Part shown: positions 13,216-24,815 of the stretch, piece by piece | Layout: each line of letters starts with the position of its first letter | How positions within the stretch are numbered: the first letter of the stretch is position 1 | DNA from: Mobula birostris | Taxonomy: Eukaryota | NCBI RefSeq assembly: GCF_030028105.1 | Contig: NC_092402.1 | Coordinates: forward strand, 62,669,110-62,733,109 | Direction of reading: 5' to 3' | DNA: 64,000 nucleotides | Program-made: the position numbers and the translations under genes | The notes under the pieces: generated by a model | What the model was told of the DNA's origin: nothing | Database searches by the model: none | What the model saw: the letters and a program-made list of their open reading frames with translations, nothing else

Positions 13216-14691
13216 GAGTAGCACTTGCCAAGGGATCTCTGTTCCAACCATACAGTATAGCTGGAGGTCAGTGTTTGATTTTCTTTTTCCTTTGGATATT
13301 ACAGACTGTCCCTGAGTTAAGAAAGTTCAAGATTCAAAAAACTTTATTGTCATTCTAACCGTACATCAGCTCTGCAGGGCAGAATGAGACAGTGTTTCTC
13401 AGGAGCAGTGCAATCATAATATAACAAATGCAACACTAAATAATAAACATAACAATAAATAGTAAACTTCTTTTCGTAAAACTTATTTTATTAAATAGTA
13501 AAACTTATTCAACTTATTGTCCATTCAGAAACTTGATGGTGGAGGAGAAGCCACTATTCCTAAAATATTCAGTATGGCTCTTCAGGATCCTGTACCTCCT
13601 CCCTGATGGTAGTAATGAGAAGAGGGCACATCCCAAGTGGTGACAGACTTTAACGATGGATGCCGCCTTCTTGAGGCACCGCCTTTTGAAGATGTCCGCG
13701 ATGGCGGGGAGGCCTTCCTACAATCAGCAGAACTAGTTTCTTCTCTCTCTCTCTCTCTCTCTCTCTCCACTTTATGGAATCGTTCTTTCTTATGCATCTG
13801 GTGTGCTTTTGATGCCATTCATTACAATTCTGTGGAAGTGTGCTTGTAAGTGATTTGTGTATTTTCCAACTTGAGGACAAAATCAACTTGTGAATGTCTA
13901 TCAAAATGAAACCTGCTTGTTACCCAGGGATGGCCTGTACAGAGTGTTCAATGATGTTCAACTCCCAGCAATGTTTTCTTTGTATTCTTCTTAGCGTGTC
14001 CCTCAGGATTAAGGGTGACTTGATTCCAGTCTGGTTCTGAAATGATTCAAGTCAATGTGAGACATGCAGTTAGGAGGTGGTGGACTCCTTCCACTGCTTA
14101 CACTGGATTTCCGAGTGCTCTCAGAGAAGGGAAGTGTAACTCAGGATTGATGAAGGGTCTCAAGCTAAAGTTTCAACTGTTTACTTCCCTCCATAGATGC
14201 TCAAATAGAGTGTAGGTGCCAAAGATGTAAATTATGTGGCCTGCCCAACAGTATTGAGTGTAATTAGGGACTCTCTGCTGGGAATGTTGGTCTGGGTGAG
14301 GACCTTGACATTGGTTCACTTATCCTGCCATTGCTGTTCCTGTGTGGTCAAATTCTGCTCTAGCTCTACTTACAGGTGACACCACCATAGTGGGTCACAT
14401 CTCAAACAATGAGACACAGTACAGGAAGATGATAGCTTAGTGCCAAGGGAGCAACCTCTTCTTCAATGTCTGGAAAATAAAGGAGCTGGCGATTGACTTC
14501 AGGAAGCAGATGGAGCACACACACACTGTCTGTATCAATGGTGCTGAGGTGATGATGGCTGAGAGATTTGAGCACCTAGGCGTAAACATCACCAACAATT
14601 TGCTAGTACCCAGAAAGCACACCAATACCTCTACTTCCTCAGAAGGCCAAGGAAATTTGGCTTTTGACCTTTGACCCACACCAATTTTCGC

Positions 14692-15354
14692 AGATTAGAT
14701 TATGAGGACACTCAGTCCTCATTTATTGTCATTTAGGAATGCATGCATTAAGAAATAATACAATGTTCCTCCAGTATGATATCACAGAAACACAAGACAG
14801 ACCAAGACTAAAACTGACAAAAACCACATAATTATAACGTATAGTTACAACAGTGCAAAGCAATACCGTAATTTGATAAAGAACAGACCATGGGCACGGT
14901 AAAAAAAAGTCTCAAAGTCCCGATAGCCCCATCATCTCACGCAGACGGTAGAAGGAAGAAAAATTCTCCCTGCCGTGAACCTCCAGTGCCACAAACTTGC
15001 CGTTGCCGCACCCTGGAAGCACCTGACCACAGCCGACTCTTGAGTCTGTCTGAAAACTTCGAGCCTCCGACCAGCCCTCCGACACTGAGCACCAGCTCTG
15101 CTGAGCGCTTCAACCACGGCCCTGGCCGCCAAGCAACAGGCAAAGCCGAGGATTTGGGGCCTTCCCCCCTGGAGATTCTCGATCGCACAGTAGCAGCGGC
15201 AGTGAAACAGGCATTTCAGAAGTTTCACCAGATATTCCTCCGTGCTTCTCACGTCCATCTCCATCGAATCAGGATTATGCACGGCATCCTACTTGACAGG
15301 TAACCGATATTCATTCCGGAGTGGCCGCTGTGCGCTGCGTTGCACCGCCATCTT
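14692..15354 (-). mobile_element. About 660-bp non-autonomous LINE-type element (starts AAGATGGCG, ends aataaa and (taatc)n)
   Basis: CpG-rich, no credible ORF; splits a Rex/Babar fragment (14370-14690 resumes at 15360). Confidence 0.7.
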
Positions 15355-15807
15355 CTCTTGATGCACCATAGAAAGTATCTTATGTGGGCATCACAGTCTG
15401 GTGTGGCAACTGCTCTACCCAAGGCTGCAAGAAATTGCAGAAATTGCAAAGTTACTGTTGGTGATATCCCAGCTTGACTACGTGTGGGAAAATATCAGTG
15501 ATGATGAGGGTTGCCTACCTCCCGGGATCTCAGGGGGCTTGAATGTTAATCCATTCACTATGAGTGAAATTGTCTCCAAACTTAACATGACAGACAGGCA
15601 GAAAGAAACCGAAACATTGCTATTGGAATGAAAGCAGCTTGCTCTTATTTCCATATTTCTTTGTGATAGGGGCCCAAGACATTTGGCCCAGCATGATGAT
15701 GTGGGCTCTCAGAGGCATTCCCATAAAGCCTATTCTCCCAGTTATCTCTGTGTAACCTGCCCATTTCCCCCATACACTAGGGACAATTTGCAGCAGTCAG
15801 TAAACCT

Positions 15808-16230
15808 GCCACCTCCAAGAGGACCACAACCTGTCGTAGGGTTTGGAGGCTTGTGTGCCTCAATGGCTCAGAGTGCTAGGCTGGCTGGAGTCAGGGCTTT
15901 ATGCTTTGGCTCTTGGTCGGGCCACCCATGCCAAACAGGTCAAAGGGTAGAGGCCTGACTAAGAGTGGTCCCAGGTTCGGGGGCGTTCAGCTCAGGGCTA
16001 ACAGACTGACTGGTAGAACAAAACTGTTACAGAAACAGCAATGAAGTATCCTTCTACATCTGAGTGCGACGCTATTCCTGAGTCTCCACTCAGGACTTGC
16101 ACGACTGACAGTAGTGAAAACTGAGAGGAAGCTACTGACATGATGAAGGAAGCCCTGAACACCACCAGAGATGGAGAACCTTCATTACTGCCCTAAATGC
16201 CAGTGGCATAATGGGCAAAAGAAGAATAAA
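15808..16230 (+). mobile_element. Bipartite RTE-derived non-autonomous element (Bov-A-like 5' UTR joined to RTE 3' end)
   Basis: ggaccacaacctgtc...ctcaatg...gggccaccca...gtggtcc resembles the BovB/RTE 5' end; the 3' end encodes WRTFITALNASG; second copy at 55765-56112. Confidence 0.65.
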
Positions 16231-19099
16231 CCTACAAACCGTCAGGGTTTCAAAGCACTCACCCTTCCCTGCCTCTTTAACCACCTACAAACTTTTAACA
16301 TTTCTCCCACTCCCTCCATCCAAGGTCTCTGCACACTTCTCAGTCTGGCATCTTGGTCATCTCCCTATCTTAATGCAATTCTTGCCCATATTCAGCTGCC
16401 AAGTGTTGAACTGCTTACATCAATAAAGTCTTGAAAAAGAATATGAGACAGGCAGTTAATACGTGATTCCATTTATTCATTAGTGAATGACTAAAATAGC
16501 AAGTCTGAAGCACTTGAAGCTCTCTCATTCTGCCAGAGTTTACATCAACATATACTAATTAGGTTGTATTTGCATGTGGAAATTGGGTTAGTTTAATCAG
16601 TTTCAATATTTGATTGGCATATGTTGAGGAGCCAACCAGTTTGCATTTAGTATTGTAACAAGCTGCAGCCAGTGCCTTGAATTTGGAACAGCTGAAGGAT
16701 TTCTCGTAGAGGCATCTTATAAACATCTGGGGGTGTTCATACAGAGAACAATATTTCATGCTGTTGTGTATGCAATGTAATTGGAGAAGCTTTTTGTGTT
16801 GGTACTGAAGATGCATAACATTACTATGTCCACACCAAGCCTAGGCCCAGATATTCAGATAACTATGGAAGATATACTGTTTCTAATCATCAATGAAACA
16901 TTTTGTTAATGCTATTACTATCTTGAGAAATACCTTTAAAATGTATGGGAAAATTTGTGTGAAGTTGGATTCCAGTATGTCATGTCATCAGTAACCCGGG
17001 GACCCCCGTTGCATTTCGATGTCCCCCTGCACAGATCCCCAAGAAGCAAAGTTTCAGGCACAGCCAGGAGCTCGTACCCTGTTGACCATGTCGACAGGCC
17101 ATGTTGACCCCTACAGGTCCTAGTTGTGATAGTTGCAAAGGCTGATGATAGTTCCCTTCCATGGACTCTATCAACACTTCTTGATGTCTTGGTAAAGCAG
17201 CCAATGTACTAAAAGACCCCACCCATCCACTCTGGACATTTACAAACAAGAGAAGATCTGCAGGTGCTGGAAATCCAAGCAACGCACACAAAATGCTGGA
17301 GGAACTCAGCAGGACAGGCAGCACCTATGGAAAAAAGTACAGTCGACGTTTCATGCCGAGATGGGTCTGTTTATTCATTTCCATAATTATTTCCTACATC
17401 AAAATATCGTGTTACAGTTACAGAGAAATTGCAGTACAGGTAGACAAAATACAGTGCAAGAGCTGTGACAAAGTATATCGGGAGATCAAGAGGCATATGG
17501 AAAGTCTGTTCAAGAGTCTGATAACAGTGGGATAAAAGATGCCCTTGAGCCTGGTGGCATGGGCTTTCAAATTTTTGTATCCTCTGCCTGATTAGAGAAG
17601 GGAGAAGAGAGAATGACTGGGGTAAGAGGGGGCTTTGATCATATTGGCTGCTTTCCAAAGACAGTGGGAAGTCTTGACTGAGTCACTAGAGAGGAGGCTG
17701 GTTGTCATGATGAACTTGTCTGTGTCCACAACTCTCTGCAGTCTTAGGCTGAGCAGTTACCACACTGAGCTGTGATGCATCTAGATAGCATGCTTTCTAT
17801 GGAGCGTCTGTTAGAATTGGTGAGGGACATGCTGAACTTTCTTAGCCTTCTGAGGAAGCCGAGGCACTTTCTTGGCTGTAGTGTCTACTTGGCTGGCCCA
17901 AGACAAGATGTTGGTGATTTTACACCTTGGAACTTCAGCACCTTAAGGCTTACGGAGCAGAACATTTCCGTAGCCCGGAAACTGCCTGAGTGAAAGAGTT
18001 CTCACAGGAGTCCTCTCATTCTTCGCTGGAGCACCACCTACTTAAGGAGGGGTGTTCCTTCCGTGACAACAGATATAAAAGGGGCCTTCTTCCCCCTGCT
18101 CCTGCTCTCACTTGGAGACACACCTTGATTGGATCTCTGGGACCAAACAATGCTGTGCAATTAATTTGAGGCTTAGCCACAACGTCAAGGGCTGGGTCGG
18201 CCAGAGTGATTCAGACACCTGGATTGCATAGGGGGACTTGAAAGGCTTTCTGCCCCATTTGGTAAACACCACTATCTTTGAGACCAGCATATGCTATCAG
18301 GTAACATGGAACCGCAACAGAAGTAAAAATGTTGTAACAGTGAACACTTCCTCCTCATATTAGCCTGCTTATCCATTCAAAAGAAAACTTGAAAATGGTT
18401 TTAGGTTAATTACCATCAAGGCAATCACTTACTTCAAACAGAATTTCTCAAACTATAAAATGGAGCCAAACCATGAAAAAATCAAGCAACTATTACTGGG
18501 CCTGAGTGATGAAAACCACCTGTGTGCCAAAAGGATTTATCTGTAATCCAGGTGAAACTGGGGGCATGCTACCTGCAGATTCAGAGAGCTGCAAACTACA
18601 GAGTACTCTGAAGTTGTGTGCCTGGAAATTCCTCCATGCTGCCTTCTTATCAACATTAGTGCAGCACTGTAAATCAACCTGAAGTTGTCTTGGATTGTGA
18701 GGTCCCCAGGAGAGCGTAGTTGGGGGTTTCTCAGTGGCATGCTCTGTTTTAGCACATTGTCCCCTGTTGATGTGTGCATGTTCTCTCCATGTAGCACAAT
18801 GGGTATGTTTGCAATCGGGTCTTAAAGAGACTCATTGTACACCACATTCAAACACAGAACACAAAACGCAGACCCTACAGCACAGCAACAGGCCCTGTAG
18901 CCCACCATGTCTGTGCCAAATTAAACTAATCCCTTCTGTCTGCACATAAACCATATCCCTCCATCCACCTGCATATTCATATGTCTGTCTAACCGCCTCA
19001 TAAACACCTCCATCGTCTCTGCTTCCACTACCACTCCCGGCAGCCCATTCCAGGCACCCACCACTCTCCATGTAAGAAACATGTCCCACAAATCTCCTT

Positions 19100-19481
19100 A
19101 CACGAGGAAATCTGCAGATGCTGGAATTTCACACATTCTTTTTCTCTCTCTCCTTTTTCTCCCTCTGTCCCTCTCGCTATACCCCTTGCCCATCCTCTGG
19201 GCTTTCCCCCCTCCCCCTTTTCCTTCACCCTGGGCTTCCTGTCCCATGATCCTCTCATATCCCTTTTGCCAATCACCTGTCCAGCTCTTGGCTCCATCCC
19301 TCCCCCTCCTGTCTTCTCCTATCATTTTGGATCTCCCTCTCCCCCTCCCACTTTTAAATCTCTTACTAACTCTTCCTTCAGTTAGTCCTGACGAAGGGTC
19401 TCGGCCCGAAACGTCGACTGTACCTCTTCCTAGAGATGCTGCCTGGCCTGCTGCGTTCACCAGCAACTTTTATGTGTGTTG
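19100..19481 (+). mobile_element. Penelope-like pLTR insertion with a short inverted tail
   Basis: 14-bp TSD ccacaaatctcctt (19086-19099 / 19482-19495); near-identical to the pLTRs at 58030-58360 and 61340-61687. Confidence 0.9.
19384..19419 (+). ncRNA. Minimal type I hammerhead ribozyme motif in PLE pLTR
   Basis: agtc-CTGACGA-a-gggt(ctcg)gccc-GAAA-c-GTC-gact: intact core, stem I agtc/gact, stem II, vestigial palindromic stem III; predicted cleavage after 19415. Confidence 0.85.
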
Positions 19482-19894
19482 CCACAAATCTCCTTTGAAC
19501 TTTTCCCCTCTCACCATAAATACATGTGCTCTAATAGCATTTCTACCCTGGGAGAAAGATCCTGATCGTCTACCCTATCAATACCTTTCATAATTCTATA
19601 AATTTCAGGTCTCCCCTCAGCCTGTGACACTCTAGAGAAAGCGACCCAAGCTTCTCTGACCTCTAAATTAGTGAGCGCATACCTGAAGTACTGTTGGCAA
19701 TTTTGCCGAGAGTATTTTGGTCTTCATATTGACTTGCACTGGAGGCAGTGAAAAGAAGTTTAACAGGGCTGATTGCTGGACTGAAGCAATGGATGTGTGA
19801 ACCACTGCCTATACCCCTTGCCCCGACTAGAGTTGATGAAAAATGAGGCACAATTTGATTGAAGTATAGGATTATGAAAGGAGGAGCTGTGCAG

Positions 19895-20848
19895 CTGTAA
19901 TCCTTGTAGGGATTTCAAGAACCAGCTGTTCTATGTGTAGGGACATCTAGAACCAGCTGTTCTCCTTGCGAAGGGAATCTAGAACCAGCTTTTCTTCTTG
20001 CAGGGGTATCTAGAAACAGCTGTTCTCCTTGAATGAGTATCTAGAAATAGCTTTTCTCCTTGCAGAGGTATCTTGAATCAGATCTTTGCTGTGGAATCTA
20101 GAACTGGTTGCTATCCTTGCAGGGGTATCTAGAACCAGATGTTCTCCTTGTATCAGTAACTAGAATCAGTTGTTCTTGCAGGGGTACCTCAAACTGCACT
20201 TAGTGACCACTTTATTAGATACAGGAAGTACCTAATAAAGTGGCCACTGAGTATGTGTTCATGGTCTTCTGCTGCTGTAGCCCATCCACTTCAAGGTTCA
20301 ACGTATTATGCATTCAGAGATGCTCTTCTGCACACCACTGTTGTAGCATGGGGTTATTTGAGTTACTGTCACCTTCCTTTCAGCTTGAACCAGTGTGGCC
20401 ATTCTCCTCGGACCTCTCTCATTAACAAGGCATTTTCACCCACAGAACTGCTGCTCACTGGATTTTTTATTTTATTTTTCTCACCATTCTCTGTAAACTC
20501 TAGAGACTGCTGTGCATGAAAATTCTCAGAGATCAGCAGATTCTGAGATACTCAAACTACCCTGCCTGGCACCAACAATCATTCCACAGTCAAAATCACT
20601 TAGGTCACATTCCTTCCCCGTTCTGATGTTTGGTCTGACCCACAACCAAACTTCTTGACCATGTCTGTTTGCTTTTATACATTGAGTTGCTGCCACATGA
20701 TTGGCTGATTAGATATTTGCATTAATGAGCAGGTGTACAGGTGTAGACACACTTCCTGTAAGGGTATCTAGAACCAGATGTACATCTTGTAGGGGTATCT
20801 GGAAGAGGTGTTCTCCTGAGTTCTCCTTGTAGGGGTAGCTAGAACCAA
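19895..20848 (+). repeat. About 31-bp minisatellite (cttgtaggggtatctagaaccagctgttctc), about 12-13 units, split by Tc1
   Basis: tagaaccag-like core near 19917, 19948, 19980, 20011, 20042, 20073, 20099, 20130, 20161, then 20769, 20800, 20840. Confidence 0.85.
20197..20745 (-). mobile_element. Tc1/mariner non-autonomous remnant
   Basis: TIR of the cactcagtggccactttattaggtac type present twice, inverted, at 20197-20253; the body resembles the fish Tc1 5' region; the right TIR is truncated after ...ggtgta. Confidence 0.75.
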
Positions 20849-21659
20849 GGGGCATAGTACTATAACAAAGAGTCACCTACCTAAAATGGAGATGAAGAAG
20901 AAATTATCCTCTCAGACAGTTGTGAATCTTTGGAATTGTCTACCCTAGAGCTACCTATGTTGAATTATTGTATCTATTCAGTCAAAAAAGACCAAACTTT
21001 AGACTCTGGGAATCAAGGGCCATGGGAAAAAGCTAGGACAGTGGAGCTGAGGCCAAGATCAGATCAGCTATAGTCTTATTGAATGGTAGAGCAGGCTCAA
21101 GAGATTGGATGTCTCTCTCTTTTGCCAGTCCTTATGTTCTAGCCAACACTCTTCCAGCCACAGGCGAGTGTTGCTATTGAAAGCATCGATGTGACAATAA
21201 TGGGAAAATGGGTGCGTGTGGGCTCCCAGGTGTCTAAAGAAAGGCTGGAGAAGAACAGTGCCTGTAGGAGGTTGATTCTTTGTGGATGGGGTCCATGCAC
21301 ACCTTCCAGGGGGTCAGCAGCGAGGTCTCTGAGGGATTTGAGTGCAGTCCTTCAATGTCTGTGCCTTTGAGGTATCATGCAACACAGCCAGATTGCTGAG
21401 CCCACTCTTCCCTTTGTCGAAGCTGGAGAAGAATTCTCCTCAGCGTAGGTGTAGCATTTGGAAGGCTTCCCTGATGCAGTAATCAGGGAAATGTGTCAAA
21501 GATCAGCATCAGTAGCTTGGAATGGTACTGAGGCTAGTAAGCTGTGAGTGATCCCAAGCCAATGCCCACAGACAAAGCAGATCCCGTACACGCAGGAGGT
21601 TATATCTGGGGATCAGATGAGTTTTGGATCTAAGTGAAGACAAAGAATATATTTTGAGT

Positions 21660-21822
21660 TAAAACAAATTACTGGTCAAACTCAGCAGGTCAAGCAGCAT
21701 CTGTGGAGGGAAATGGGCAGTCAAAATTTATTTCCCTCCACAGATGCTGCTTGAGCTGCTGAGTTTGTCCGGCAGTTTGTTTCTTGCTCCAGGTTCCACT
21801 GCCTGCTGTCTCTTGTGTCTCC
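21660..21822. mobile_element. Palindromic PLE pLTR remnant
   Basis: aaactcagcaggtcaagcagcatctgtggagggaaat / atttccctccacagatgctgcttgagctgctgagttt inverted arms. Confidence 0.7.
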
Positions 21823-22429
21823 ATTATAGTGTGAATGCTGTCACTTTAAATGTCCCTGTTTCAGGTGAACCAGCGTTACTAAATCCTGCTTGTGTGGATA
21901 AAAAAATTGCTTGTTTTCAGACAGGTGAAGTTGAAAATCAGAAGACTGTTGTGTGGTACACTACATCTAATGAGGGAATTTTATCCTTTACAAAGGTGCT
22001 AGGGAGGATAAAAAAAAGAGTTAAACTTTCCAATGAGTGCTAAGATACCTGGAAATGTATAGAAAATTGCTCTACCTGGGTTTAGCCCTATTTTCAACTA
22101 CATGGCAAATTTGGAGCTATCTAAAGAAATTTCTAGGTTGTGAAATACTGATATCAAACAACTCAAAAACAGATGTTAACAACCTTTCACACTCTCTGAT
22201 CTTCCCCCCTCCCTATTTTATTATCACCACTGAAGCTGTAATCTCTTTATCTGTCTCTAATCTGCCTTAAGAAGGCAGCATCCATCATTAAGGACCCTTG
22301 CCAACCAGGACATGCCCTCTTCTCATTGCTACCATCAGGGAGTAGGTACAGGAGCCTGAAGACCCACACTCAATGATTCACAAACAGATTCTTCCCCTCT
22401 GCCATTATATTTCTGAACGGTCTATGAAC

Positions 22430-22735
22430 CCACACGGCACAGAAACAGGCCATTCAGCCCACTGAATCCATGCTGACCATCGACCACCCACTTACACTGA
22501 TTCATTTTATTTCCCCCACAATCCCATCAACTGTCTCCAGATTGAAACTCTCACCTACACACTAGGGGCAATTTACAGTGGCCAATTAAACCACATATTT
22601 GTGATGTGGGAGGAAACTGAAGCGCCCAAGGGAACCCACACAGCCACAGGGAGAACGTGCAAACTCCACGTAGGCAGCACCGGAGGTCAGGATCTAACCC
22701 ATGTTTCTGGAGCTCTGAGACAGCAACTCTACTAA
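22430..22735 (-). mobile_element. V-SINE (HE1-like, tRNA-derived)
   Basis: Reverse complement of the V-domain (gtggagtttgcacgttctccctgtg...gggtt...cagtttcctcccaca). Confidence 0.75.
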
Positions 22736-22804
22736 TTTTAGGACTGTACCACCCACATCCACCTGTCTCTTGTAAACACTTTCAACTGCTGCTCACTGGC
22801 TGCC

Positions 22805-23185
22805 AGTCTTACTCTGAGGCAAAATGCCATGGATTCAATCCCCATAGTATACTTGAGACCAGTGCAATGCTGAGCGAATCTTGCATTGTCAGAGGTGTCA
22901 CCTTTTGGATGAGCCATTAACCTGAAACTGAGTCTGCTCTCTCAGGTGGACATTAATGGTAGGGGACCACAACTCAGAGCCCTGGCCAACACTTAAACTG
23001 TACCTCACTCAACATCACAACAAAAAGACTGTCAGGTAATTATTACCATCCTATTTGTGGGATTGCACTGTGCACATGTCATCTGCTGCATTGCCTGAAT
23101 TGCATCAGAGATCTCACTTCAAAGAAGAATTTCATTGGCAGTAAAGTGTGCTGAAAGACCATGGTGCCATATAAATGTAGCGTCC
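22805..23185 (+). mobile_element. Deu-domain SINE, degenerate
   Basis: ctgctctctcaggtggac...cctggccaaca...gtgggattgcactgtgcac...cacttcaaag...ttcattggc; homologous to 12845-13215. Confidence 0.65.
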
Positions 23186-23224
23186 CCTGCTTTTCATGCA
23201 CTAATACAAATAGCCCCAGATTTT

Positions 23225-23588
23225 TTGTTCTTCACTTCTTTCCTTTTTCTTCCACCCTCAATCTGTCTGTCAGCCTCTCTCTCTCTTTCTATCTCCTTCT
23301 CCCCCTCTTTTTCTCTTTCCTCTTCTCTCCGCCTCTGTCTCTTTCTCTCCCCCTTTTTTCTCTTCCCCGCTATGTCTCACCACCTCTCAGTCCCTCCCTC
23401 TGTCTCTCTGTCTGCCTCTTTCCCCCTCTCTTCTGTTCACCTCTCTCTTTCTTTGTCCTCTTTGTCTCTCCTTCTCTGTCTCTATATGTCCCTGTCTGTT
23501 TATAACTCCCTCCTTTTTTCTTTCCCCTCCCCTCTCTCTGCCTCTCTCTTTTGATCTCTGACTCTTTCTCCTCCTCTTTTTCTCTTCA

Positions 23589-23643
<55 letters not shown>
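23225..23643 (+). repeat. CT-rich polypyrimidine tract ending in a (CT)n(CA)n microsatellite
   Basis: Directly visible. Confidence 0.95.
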
Positions 23644-23645
<2 letters not shown>

Positions 23646-24524
23646 CTTTCCCATTGTTAACTCTTTTTCTTTTCACTCAATCCTCTTTTGTTCAAAGGAA
23701 TGTAAATATGGAAAGATAAACTGCCTCTGCCATCCATCAACCTTGCTCCTGGCTGGACCACATACAATGAACACTCCCCATTTTACTTAATCTTCTGAAG
23801 AAAGTGACAAGCAACAGCTAAACGTTCGTAAAAGTTGGGGGAAAGGAATCTCCTTGACACTCCCCTTCCCAAAGGTAATTAAGAAAAACATCAGGATTAC
23901 AATCTATGTTATTCAACGCTCTCTGCTTGCATTCCACAAATGCCATTCCCATGGTTTCAACAGAACTGAAACCACCATGTTCTGCTGAGTACTAGATCAT
24001 CATCGCCTGCACTTATCTTGGGAACCTTAAAACCCCTTCATAACCAGATACTTGTTCAATTTTCTTTTAAAGTTAATCCATGTTAACATTACAGCTGCAA
24101 GGGGCAGAATGAGTGAACGTTGAAGTCTAAACTGTCCTGCTTTCATTCCCCCTCTCGCAGCTGTCTGTGGCAGGAATCTGCCAGCTCATATCCGATTTCT
24201 CATTGGGCGTGACCCTATGCATGGTGGAATTGCCCCTAATGCAGCACTAACTCTCACCCGGAAGCCACAAAGGATGCAGAACGGCAAATGTCACGTTCCG
24301 GCAATTGCCTTATGGGTGGTTATGAAGGGTTGGGACCTGGTCGCTTTTACTTTCGAATGTAAGGCAAACGCAGCGGGCAACAACTGGCTTTCACGTGGTG
24401 CTTTTTGACATAGACAAGCACCCCAAGATGTGTTACAGGTACGCTATTAAAGCTTGACACAAAGCAACATAAAGGGATGTTAAGACAGGTGAAGAAGCGG
24501 GTCTTAAGGAGAAGGGAGAGAAGG

Positions 24525-24815
24525 CTACAGTTGTGTGGCAGTTAGTGTAACACTATTACAGCTCGGGGCATCGGAGTTCGGAGTTCAATTCCAGTTTACT
24601 CTGTAAAGTGTTTGTATGTCCTCCCTGTGAAACATGTGGGTTTCCTCTGGGTGCTCCAGTTTCTCCCATATTCCAAAGACGTACCAGTTAGTAGGTTAAT
24701 TAATCATTGTAAATTATCCTGTGATTAGGCTAGAGTTAAATAGGTGGGTTGCTGTGTGGTGCGGCTCATTGGGCCGGATGGGCCTGTTTCGTGCTGTATC
24801 TCGACGTAAGTAAAT
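24525..24815 (+). mobile_element. V-SINE
   Basis: A/B-box-like head (gagttcaattcc) and V-domain gggtttcctctgggtgctccagtttctccca. Confidence 0.75.

Larger units (their letters stand above)
19690..21140 (+). mobile_element. Old CR1 3' fragment containing a minisatellite and a Tc1 remnant
   Basis: CR1 ORF2-end similarity on both sides of the array; 3' UTR gatcagatcagctat...cttattgaatgg at about 21060. Confidence 0.65.

Noticed and set aside
18060-18130. TATA box (tataaaagggg) as a promoter or solo LTR
   Set aside because: No TG...CA ends, TSD or downstream exon could be identified.
19895-20848. CRISPR-like array
   Set aside because: Contiguous degenerate tandem units with no unique spacers, derived from CR1, in a eukaryotic context.
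21150-21480. Possible ancient RTE ORF 3' fragment on the minus strand
   Set aside because: Too degraded to support without a profile search.
23135-23790. Several ORFs rich in S/L/F or R/E
   Set aside because: Artefacts of CT/CA low-complexity sequence.
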